A stretch of 64,000 nucleotides of DNA, taken from NCBI GenBank assembly GCA_021201795.1, contig JAJQEF010000016.1, forward strand, positions 20,531 through 84,530. The letters run 5' to 3'. This stretch comes from Rikenellaceae bacterium. GTDB taxonomy: Bacteria > Bacteroidota > Bacteroidia > Bacteroidales > Rikenellaceae. This document shows, piece after piece, positions 49,761-57,654 of this stretch. Made by a program: the position numbers and the translations under genes. The stretch's first letter is position 1. The number at the start of each line of letters is the position of its first letter. The notes below the pieces were generated by a model that searched no databases, had not been told where the DNA came from, and saw only the letters and a program-made list of their open reading frames with translations.

Positions 49761-50551
49761 TGTCTTGTGCATCTCCTATAGGGGTTTTGGATTCAGGTCT
49801 CGGAGGATTATCAGTATTCTCCGAGATTGTCCGTTTATTACCGGAGGAATCGGTAATATATTACGGGGATGGAAAAAACTGCCCTTACGGTGAGAAACCG
49901 AAAGAAGAGATAATAAAAATATCGGACGAAATAGTATGCTTCCTTATAGGTCATGGATGCAAATTAATAGTTCTTGCATGCAATACTGCTACTGCCGATG
50001 CTATCGATTATCTGCGTGAAAAATATCCGGATACGCCGTTTGTGGGGATGGAGCCTGCTGTAAAACCTGCCGTTATGTCTACAAGGACAGGAGTGGTGGG
50101 CATATTGGCAACCGCTCCGACTCTCGAAGGGAGGCATTTTAAAGATAATTATTTAAAATACGCCGGTGAAGCTGCGATCATACCGGCGGTAGGTGAGGGA
50201 TTTGTAAACATAGTAGAAAACGGGGAAATAGAAAGTCATGAAGCGGAATCCGCAGTGAGGAAAATAATCGATCCGTTAATAGAAAAAAATGTTGACAGGA
50301 TAGTATTGGGTTGTACACATTACCCCTTCTTAAAGGATGTGATTAATAAAATAATCGGTGAAAGGGAGATCGAGATAATAAACCCGGCACCAGCTGTGGT
50401 AAGAAGAATCGAAAATCTGCTCGTTGAAAAAAGAATCAGTGCTCCGTCCGGTAATTTACCTTATTATGAATTTTATAGTTCATCGGGGAAACAGTATTTA
50501 AATAAAATAAAAACCACCGCGGACAAACTTTTAAAAGGTCTGAAAAAATAA
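49760..50551 (+). CDS. murI: glutamate racemase
   Basis: DSGLGGLSV, ACNTATA, GCTHYP. 1-nt overlap with the purL stop. Confidence 0.94.
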   Translation: MSCASPIGVLDSGLGGLSVFSEIVRLLPEESVIYYGDGKNCPYGEKPKEEIIKISDEIVCFLIGHGCKLIVLACNTATADAIDYLREKYPDTPFVGMEPAVKPAVMSTRTGVVGILATAPTLEGRHFKDNYLKYAGEAAIIPAVGEGFVNIVENGEIESHEAESAVRKIIDPLIEKNVDRIVLGCTHYPFLKDVINKIIGEREIEIINPAPAVVRRIENLLVEKRISAPSGNLPYYEFYSSSGKQYLNKIKTTADKLLKGLKK

Positions 50552-50554
50552 ATT

Positions 50555-53218
50555 ATGGCAGTCAGAACGAAAAAAAATACATCGAAAACAACTTCGGCCA
50601 GCGAAAAGAAAAAAACAGGGGAAAAAAATAAATCCAGGCAATGGCTCTTGGGGTTTGCTTTTTTATTCTTTGCATTATATATAGCCATATCCGTTTTTTC
50701 ATATATGCTCTACTGGAAAAACGATCAGATGGTTGCAAGGCTTCCTTTATCGGAGACCGAAAATGAAAAAATTTATAATTGGGGCGGACGACTCGGTGCT
50801 AAAATAGGAGAGCTTCTGGTAACGGATTCATTTGGACTTTTCGGTTTTCTTATACCCGTAACGCTGATTATCCTTGCTCTGCGCATATTGAGATACAGGC
50901 CGATGTTCCTGAGTAAATCCGTTAGGATCTGTCTTATAGGTATGATACTTGGATCGGTAACGCTTGGTTACATCGGTAGTTTTTTCTCCGGTGAAGGAGC
51001 ATTCGGCACAGGTCTCGGTGGTGCGCATGGAATCTATATCGCGCAATTGATCGAATCTTATCTCTCTTACGGTACGGGATTGTTGTTATTATTACTTATT
51101 GCATTTTATGCTATCTATATAAACCGTAACACCATCTCATTGATAAACCGTTTCGGTAAAGGTATTGCTGAAAAATCCAAAGATATCACTACTTCAGTGG
51201 CATCCAAAGCTTCTGTCATGATGCAGGCAAGGGAACAAAAAGCTACTGAAAAACAGAATAATGTTCCGATTCCGGATCAGAAAGATGAAGAAGATGAGGA
51301 AAAACCTGAACCGTTTACAGAAAATGAAAATCTCGATTACCGGTTCGAAGACGATGCTGTGGAACCTATTCAGCCTATTGCTCCTTCACGAATCGTGGAA
51401 GATGACGAAGACACCACGGAATTCGAATTTACCGTTACATCGGACGATGGAGAGGTTTTAGCAGTGGAAGATATTCCAGCCCCGGCTAAGGATATATCCG
51501 AATATTCCGGTTTGGGAGCGGATTTTCTTATACGGGACGAATATGGTAATGTTACCGATACAGTCGATCCTTTCGCCCTTCCGGAGGTAGATGAAGAGAC
51601 GCAGGCTGTATCTTTGACCGGAGAAGAGTCGTCGACTATCGTTGTCGACGATATGTTTACTGTAGATAAACATGTCGAGGAGATGGTTCCGGATGAATTG
51701 ATCGATACCAATTACGATCACACCCTCGATTTGTCATATTATCAGAAACCACCGGTAGAACTTCTCGAGGATCATAAAGTCGAAGTTAATGTGACTGAAA
51801 ACGAACTGGTAGGAAATAAAAATAAAATCCTCGAGACCCTGGAAAATTTCGGGATCAAGATAGATAAAATAAAGGCCACCATAGGCCCTACGGTTACCCT
51901 GTACGAGATTGTTCCCGCTCCCGGAGTGCGCATATCGAAGATTAAAAATCTTGAGGATGATATAGCTCTTAGTTTGTCCGCTTTGGGAATACGTATTATC
52001 GCTCCGATGCCGGGGAAAGGAACCATCGGTATAGAAGTACCTAATAAAGACAAGGAAATCGTTTCGATGTATTCCGTTATCAAATCAGTCAAATTTCAGG
52101 AGACTAATTTTGAATTGCCTATAGTTCTTGGTAAAACCATACAGAATGAAACGTTCGTAATAGACCTTGCGAAGATGCCTCATCTTCTTGTCGCAGGTGC
52201 CACTGGTCAAGGAAAGTCCGTAGGATTGAATGCTATTATAGCTTCTTTGCTCTATAAAAAACATCCTTCGGAACTTAAATTCGTTCTGGTCGACCCTAAG
52301 AAAGTAGAGCTTACACTCTATTCCAAACTTGAAAAACATTTTCTTGCGAAACTTCCAGGAGAAGACGAGGCCATAATTACCGATACACAAAAGGTTGTGT
52401 ATACTCTTAACTCGCTTTGTATCGAGATGGGTTCACGTTATAACCTTCTTAGAAAAGCGGAAGTAAGAAATATAAAGGAATATAACGATAAATTTACCAA
52501 ACGCAGACTGAATCCTGAGAAAGGACACAGGTATTTGCCTTACATAGTGGTGATTATCGATGAGTTTGCGGATATGATCATGACTGCCGGACGCGAGGTT
52601 GAATCTCCGATTGCCCGGATAGCACAGCTCGCCCGTGCCGTGGGAATCCATTTGGTTATAGCTACACAGAGACCGACCACTAATATTATTACGGGACTTA
52701 TCAAAGCTAACTTCCCTGCAAGGATAGCCTTCCGTGTTACATCGATGATAGATTCACGCACGATTATAGATCAGCCGGGAGCGAATCAGCTTATCGGTAG
52801 AGGTGACATGCTTATATCCAATGGCAGCGATCTGACAAGGGTGCAGTGTGCGTTCATCGATACTCCGGAAGTAGAGCGGATCACAGAGTTTGTCAGCAAC
52901 CAGCAGGGATATCCATGCGCTTATGAACTGCCGGAATATGTTCCCGAGGGTGAATCCGGTATACCGGATGCGGACCTTACGAGGCGTGACGCTATGTTCG
53001 ATGAGGCGGCAAGGCTCGTTGTGGCCCATCAATCCGGATCGACTTCGCTTATCCAGAGAAAATTCTCGATAGGGTACAACCGTGCGGGAAGGATAATGGA
53101 TCAGCTGGAGGTAGCTGGGATAGTGGGTAAAAGCGAAGGTAGTAAACCGCGCGAGGTTAAAATTTCGGATATGAGTTCTCTGGAATTATTATTGAATAAC
53201 ATCGACTCGTTCCATTAA
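50555..53218 (+). CDS. ftsK: DNA translocase FtsK
   Basis: N-terminal TM helices, acidic linker, motor domain with Walker A GATGQGKSV, C-terminal gamma (winged-helix) domain. Confidence 0.95.
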   Translation: MAVRTKKNTSKTTSASEKKKTGEKNKSRQWLLGFAFLFFALYIAISVFSYMLYWKNDQMVARLPLSETENEKIYNWGGRLGAKIGELLVTDSFGLFGFLIPVTLIILALRILRYRPMFLSKSVRICLIGMILGSVTLGYIGSFFSGEGAFGTGLGGAHGIYIAQLIESYLSYGTGLLLLLLIAFYAIYINRNTISLINRFGKGIAEKSKDITTSVASKASVMMQAREQKATEKQNNVPIPDQKDEEDEEKPEPFTENENLDYRFEDDAVEPIQPIAPSRIVEDDEDTTEFEFTVTSDDGEVLAVEDIPAPAKDISEYSGLGADFLIRDEYGNVTDTVDPFALPEVDEETQAVSLTGEESSTIVVDDMFTVDKHVEEMVPDELIDTNYDHTLDLSYYQKPPVELLEDHKVEVNVTENELVGNKNKILETLENFGIKIDKIKATIGPTVTLYEIVPAPGVRISKIKNLEDDIALSLSALGIRIIAPMPGKGTIGIEVPNKDKEIVSMYSVIKSVKFQETNFELPIVLGKTIQNETFVIDLAKMPHLLVAGATGQGKSVGLNAIIASLLYKKHPSELKFVLVDPKKVELTLYSKLEKHFLAKLPGEDEAIITDTQKVVYTLNSLCIEMGSRYNLLRKAEVRNIKEYNDKFTKRRLNPEKGHRYLPYIVVIIDEFADMIMTAGREVESPIARIAQLARAVGIHLVIATQRPTTNIITGLIKANFPARIAFRVTSMIDSRTIIDQPGANQLIGRGDMLISNGSDLTRVQCAFIDTPEVERITEFVSNQQGYPCAYELPEYVPEGESGIPDADLTRRDAMFDEAARLVVAHQSGSTSLIQRKFSIGYNRAGRIMDQLEVAGIVGKSEGSKPREVKISDMSSLELLLNNIDSFH

Positions 53219-53228
53219 AAAAAACAGA

Positions 53229-53864
53229 ATGAAAAAATACCTATTATTTATAGTATTATTATTTACGGGTTTTGCAGCTTCGGCAGATCAGAAATCGGAT
53301 GCGATCTTGTCTGCAATGAAAAAGAAATTCGATTCATATGCTTCATACAGGCTTAATTTCCTTGCTGATATAGAAGAAGATGCAATGGGACTGGAGGGAT
53401 ATGTAATTGTGCAGGGCAACAAATTCCATATGGATATCCGCAACATGGAAATAATTTATGATGGGAAAATAAGGTACACCCATTATAAGGATTACGAAGA
53501 AGTTATTATCGAGAATATATCTGAAGTGGACGCGGCATTATCGTCGAATCCGGCATATATTCTTTCATCTTTTTTTACAGATTACGATTCGAAATATATC
53601 GAAGGTGTAAAAGTTTCCGGTAAAAACGGACACAAAATAGCACTGACCCCGAAGAATGATGACGGATTTTTTACAGAAGCGGAAGTCATAGTGGACTCGA
53701 ATACTTCAATGCCTTTGTCCATAAGTCTTACCTTACCGGGAATGGATAATGATATTTCTTTCAGGGTTACGAGGGTGGAACCTAATATCAGGACATCGTC
53801 GGAGATCTTCTCTTTCGATCCGAAGAAATTTCCGGGAATCGAAATTATAGACTTCCGGAATTGA
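53229..53864 (+). CDS. lolA: LolA-like outer-membrane lipoprotein carrier
   Basis: Signal peptide, 211 aa, conserved ftsK-lolA synteny. Ends in TGA. Confidence 0.65.
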   Translation: MKKYLLFIVLLFTGFAASADQKSDAILSAMKKKFDSYASYRLNFLADIEEDAMGLEGYVIVQGNKFHMDIRNMEIIYDGKIRYTHYKDYEEVIIENISEVDAALSSNPAYILSSFFTDYDSKYIEGVKVSGKNGHKIALTPKNDDGFFTEAEVIVDSNTSMPLSISLTLPGMDNDISFRVTRVEPNIRTSSEIFSFDPKKFPGIEIIDFRN

Positions 53865-53908
53865 CGTTCTTAGAATTTAAATTATTTCATAAATTAATAA
53901 AAAAGCGT

Positions 53909-53925
53909 TAAACTTGCCAAGTTTA
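53909..53925. promoter_or_regulatory. 17-bp perfect palindrome TAAACTTG-C-CAAGTTTA
   Basis: 8-bp arms separated by 1 nt, which is too tight for an RNA hairpin. Lies about 55 nt upstream of the carboxyltransferase ATG. Candidate operator. Confidence 0.25.
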
Positions 53926-53978
53926 TCGTTATGACTACTGATACGATTTTCTAAATAATACTAACTAAAACTTATTCT

Positions 53979-55524
53979 ATGCCATTAGATGATAAGATCC
54001 TCGATCTCGAGGAAAGAATGAAGAAACTATTCCTTGGCGGAGGAGAAAAAGCTATCGCCAAGCAGAAATCTTCGGGGAAGCTTACGGCTCGGGAAAGGAT
54101 TGTGGCGATCCTCGACGAAGGCTCGTTCCACGAATATGATATTTTTGTCGAACATTCCTGCAACGACTTCGGGATGCAGGGAAAAGAATTTGCCGGAGAC
54201 GGTGTAATCATTGGTACAGGTACCGTTCATGGTAAACCTATCGCTATTTTTGCACAGGATTTTACTGTCGCAGGCGGATCTTTGGGATTTATGCACGCGA
54301 GCAAGATCACCAAAATAATGGATTATGCCCTGAATATGAAAATTCCTTTGATCGGAATCAACAATTCAGGAGGAGCACGTATTCAGGAAGGTGTTAACGC
54401 CTTGGCAGGATATGGCGAAATATTTTATCGCAATACGCTTGCAAGCGGTGTTATTCCACAGATCTCGGTAATTCTGGTCCCATGTGCGTGAGGGGCGGTT
54501 TATTCTCCGGCGTTGACGGATTTTGTTTTTGTAGTGGATAATATATCGAAAATGTTCATTACAGGTCCGGAAGTTATTAAAACCGTACTCGGAGAAGAGA
54601 TTTCGATGGAGGAACTGGGAGGAGCTAAGGTTCACAGCGAACTTACAGGTAACGCTCATTTCTTTGCAGAGAGCGAAAAAGAATGCTTTGAACAGATCAG
54701 GGCGCTTCTTGCCATGATTCCTCAGAATAATATGGAAAAAGCGGAGCCAGCCGCACCTGCTAAACCGGGTAAAAAAACATAAAATATCTGATATCGTTCC
54801 TGTCGACCCTACGGTTCCTTATGATGTACGCAATGTAATACATACGTTGGTGGACAAAGGCGAGTTTATCGAAGTGATGGAGAAATTCGCAGGAAACATA
54901 GTTGTCTGATTCGGACGCATTAACGGTGAAACAGTAGGGTTTGTAGCAAACCAGCCCCTCGTTCTTGCCGGTGTACTCGACTGCGATTCTTCTGATAAAG
55001 CAGCAAGATTCATACGTTACTGCGATTCCTTCAATGTACCTATCGTTACTCTGGAGGATCTTCCCGGATATCTCCCGGGCGTTGACCAGGAACGCGCAGG
55101 CGTAATTCGTCACGGCGCTAAAATGCTTTATGCTTACAGTGAAGCCACCGTTCCTAAAATTACAGTTATTTTACGCAAGGCATACGGAGGCGGTTATATT
55201 GCTATGAATTCACGCCATTTAAGGGCTGATTTCGTATTCGCATGGCCCAACGCTGAAATTGCGGTAATGGGACCGGAAGACGCTGCAAATATTATCTTCC
55301 GCAAGGATATAATGGAAGCTGCCGATCCGGCTGAAATGCGTAAACAAAAGATACAGGAGTATAAAGATAAGTTCGCTAATCCGTATGTAGCAGCTGCGAA
55401 AGGTTATATTGACGCGGTTATTGCACCGGAAGATACTTTAAAACATATCATACATGCGTTGGCGGTATCTAAAAACAAGAGTGTGGACCGTCCTCAAAAG
55501 AAACACGGAATTCCTCCGTTCTAA
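53979..55524 (+). pseudogene. acyl-CoA carboxyltransferase (paralog of mmdA) with two in-frame TGA codons and one frameshift
   Basis: TGA at 54489-54491 gives [14 protein letters not shown], against [15 protein letters not shown] in the intact paralog. A +1 frameshift sits in the A-run 54771-54777. TGA at 54907-54909 gives NIVV*FGRINGETVGFVANQP. ORF pieces: 53979..54491, 54513..54782 and 55123..55524. Confidence 0.85.
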
Positions 55525-55542
55525 AAACTAAATTCTTTTGTT

Positions 55543-55863
55543 ATGAGTGATAAAAAGATTCAGTACGAAGAACTTCCTACGATACACGGTACTTACCGTA
55601 CTACATTAAACGAGATGTGCCGGAGACGAAAGCCATGGACCCCTGCAAATCCGAAACATTTATTATCATATATACCGGGAACGGTAGTTTCGATAAATGT
55701 AAAGGTAGGACAGAAGGTCGAGATAGGGGAGGAGTTGATGATTTTCAAAGCAATAAAAATGGATAACAGGATAAAATCTCCTATGGATGGAAAGATAAAA
55801 TCCATTCTGGTCGCGAAAGACGAATCGGTCCCAAAAGGGAAATTAATGATAGAGTTTGAATAA
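55543..55863 (+). CDS. biotin/lipoyl-attachment domain protein with degenerate biotinylation motif
   Basis: The 106-aa C-terminal domain has MIFKAIKMDN where mmdC has VLEAMKMEN. Confidence 0.65.
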   Translation: MSDKKIQYEELPTIHGTYRTTLNEMCRRRKPWTPANPKHLLSYIPGTVVSINVKVGQKVEIGEELMIFKAIKMDNRIKSPMDGKIKSILVAKDESVPKGKLMIEFE

Positions 55864-55865
55864 TG

Positions 55866-55892
55866 AAAGGTGTCAGAAATGACACCTTTTTT
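55866..55892 (+). terminator. intrinsic terminator
   Basis: aaaggtgtca-gaaa-tgacaccttt followed by a T-tract. Confidence 0.75.
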
Positions 55893-56032
55893 ATTACATA
55901 AATGTCAGACGGTTTAAGTTTTGTGAAAATAAGACTCTTTATAATTTTTAGTCGATACTAATTATGTATTGTATAAATATTCCTGATATAATGGTCGTAT
56001 GGTCGGTATTTTGCTATTTTAAATTTTATTTT

Positions 56033-56169
56033 ATGTAAATATAATATTGGATATAATTATTTATGTTTTTTATTTCTTGATATCCAGGTATTTATATTTA
56101 ATCAATTAATGTTTTTGTTGATGTAAATTTCTTTAGCATTCTTTTTGTGAAATGTAAATGTCTGTAAAT
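56033..56169 (+). repeat. dispersed ATGTAAAT / TGTAAAT copies in an AT-rich spacer
   Basis: ATGTAAAT at 56033, 56121 and 56152; TGTAAAT at 56163; the variant ATGTAATT at 56289. Also a tandem ggtcgtat/ggtcggtat at 55993-56009. Confidence 0.4.
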
Positions 56170-56316
56170 TAGGATTTTATAATTATTTTTTTTAATAGCC
56201 TGGTTATTTTTATTGGTGGTTAATGTATTGATTTATAGAATATTGTAGTGGCTATATAAAGTTTTGGTGTTATTTATTGGGAGTTAAAATGTAATTGGAA
56301 ATAAATTTTTAAATCT

Positions 56317-56324
56317 TATTTTTG
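56317..56324 (+). promoter_or_regulatory. -7 promoter motif TATTTTTG
   Basis: TAnnTTTG match 24 nt upstream of the ATG at 56348. Confidence 0.4.
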
Positions 56325-56347
56325 TATAAACTTAAATAAAATAACCC

Positions 56348-56920
56348 ATGAAAAAACATTTCTTTATTGCTTTGTTCACCTTGATTTATTGTGGCGTGCC
56401 ATTTGTTTACGGAAGTAATAGTATACTCGACGGTAAGGAACTTGAAATTACTTATAATGTAAATCGTATTCCGGGGCCGGGAAGTAATCAGATTGCAGTT
56501 TGGATAGAAGACGCTCAGGAAAATTACGTACGCAGTTTGTATGCCTCCAGATTTACCGCTGACGGAGGCTATGTTCGCAGGGAAGTTTCATTGAGCGAGT
56601 GGATCGAAAAATCCGATTGGGCTAACGCTTCGAAAGAGGAAATAGATGCCGTAAGCGGAAGCACCCAAACGGAAGGTTTGGCTACACTTGTTTGGGATTT
56701 TAAAGATAAGAGTGGAGAGTGGATCAAATCCGGACGGTATATCATATGCATTGAAGCAAATATTAAGAACGAGAAAAAAATGTTTTACAGAGGGGTAGTT
56801 GTCGTCGACAAACAAACGGTGGATGTGAAACCAGGGAGAATAACTTATTCCGAATCCGAAGATGATCTGGAGGCCGGACCACAGATATTTCGGGACGTTG
56901 AGATGAAATTAAAATTTTAG
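56348..56920 (+). CDS. secreted DUF2271-like protein
   Basis: Signal peptide. The QIAVWIEDAQENYVRSLY segment resembles DUF2271 (from memory). 190 aa. Confidence 0.45.
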   Translation: MKKHFFIALFTLIYCGVPFVYGSNSILDGKELEITYNVNRIPGPGSNQIAVWIEDAQENYVRSLYASRFTADGGYVRREVSLSEWIEKSDWANASKEEIDAVSGSTQTEGLATLVWDFKDKSGEWIKSGRYIICIEANIKNEKKMFYRGVVVVDKQTVDVKPGRITYSESEDDLEAGPQIFRDVEMKLKF

Positions 56921-56952
56921 ATGTTTTAATTTTTTGTTTTGAAAATTTAAAG

Positions 56953-56960
56953 TATATTTG
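56953..56960 (+). promoter_or_regulatory. -7 promoter motif TATATTTG upstream of a hairpin and greA
   Basis: TAnnTTTG match 17 nt before the hairpin at 56977. Confidence 0.3.
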
Positions 56961-56976
56961 TATAAAATGTAGAGGG

Positions 56977-57017
56977 TTCTGACTCGGTCACGAGTCAGAA
57001 TTCTTTATTATTTTTTT
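56977..57017 (+). terminator. intrinsic terminator hairpin with long T-tract
   Basis: ttctgactcg-gtca-cgagtcagaa followed by ttctttattattttttt. Lies between the DUF2271 gene and greA. Confidence 0.7.
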
Positions 57018-57043
57018 ATTATTTATAAAAAATAACAAAGGTT

Positions 57044-57517
57044 ATGTCAAACGTAGTTTATTTAACAGAAGTTGGTCTGCAAAAACTTAAGGCAGAACTC
57101 GAACATTTACGTGGTGTCGAGCGCCCTGCCATATCAGCACAGATAGCTGAGGCGAGGGATAAAGGAGATTTATCGGAAAATGCCGAATACGATGCAGCTA
57201 AAGAGGCTCAGGGGCTTTTGGAGATGCGCATAGCCAAATTGGAAGATGCGATCGCCAAAGCAAGAATCATTGATGAATCCCGTATTAATACGGATTCAGT
57301 ACAGATTCTTAATAAAGTAAGAATACTGAACCACAATGTAAAAAAAGAGATGGAATATACCCTTGTTTCTGAAAATGAAGCAAATTTGAAGGAAGGAAAG
57401 CTATCCATCAGTACCCCTATTGCCAAGGCTCTTTTAGGGAAGACCAAAGGCGATGTGGTTGAAGTAACTGTACCGTCTGGTACACTTAAATTGGAAATTA
57501 TCGATATTTCCATATAA
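57044..57517 (+). CDS. greA: transcription elongation factor GreA
   Basis: 157 aa. Coiled-coil N-terminus with DLSENAEYDAAKE. C-terminal FKBP-like domain. Confidence 0.95.
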   Translation: MSNVVYLTEVGLQKLKAELEHLRGVERPAISAQIAEARDKGDLSENAEYDAAKEAQGLLEMRIAKLEDAIAKARIIDESRINTDSVQILNKVRILNHNVKKEMEYTLVSENEANLKEGKLSISTPIAKALLGKTKGDVVEVTVPSGTLKLEIIDISI

Positions 57518-57525
57518 TTATTTCT

Positions 57526-57553
57526 AAAAGACGTTCCAATACGTCTTTTTTTT
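57526..57553 (+). terminator. intrinsic terminator after greA
   Basis: aaaagacgt-tccaat-acgtctttt plus a T-tract. Confidence 0.75.
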
Positions 57554-57654
57554 GCCGTGAGATAATGGCATAAGAAATGAAAAGATATATCCTCTTCCTT
57601 ATTGACGACCGTGACCAATAATTGTTAAATTTGTCTGAGGGAAATTATACAAAA

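Noticed and set aside
54768-54782. The A7 run as a programmed ribosomal or transcriptional slippage site restoring the carboxyltransferase frame.
   Set aside because: The same gene has two additional nonsense codons. The run is shorter than the tracts known to give efficient transcriptional slippage. No downstream stimulatory structure is evident.
10411-54909. A global UGA=Gly genetic code (as in translation table 25) as the explanation for the in-frame TGAs.
   Set aside because: TGA ends three otherwise normal genes (23709, 24824 with an ATGA stop/start overlap, and 53864). None of the other roughly 55 long conserved ORFs contains an in-frame TGA. One of the affected genes also carries a frameshift. 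Site-specific read-through is not excluded and is listed as a finding.
55893-56347. The AT-rich tract as an invertible promoter (phase-variation switch) or as oriC.
   Set aside because: I could not find flanking inverted repeats of useful length, a nearby recombinase gene, or DnaA boxes. The tract is kept only as an unexplained AT-rich spacer in the findings.
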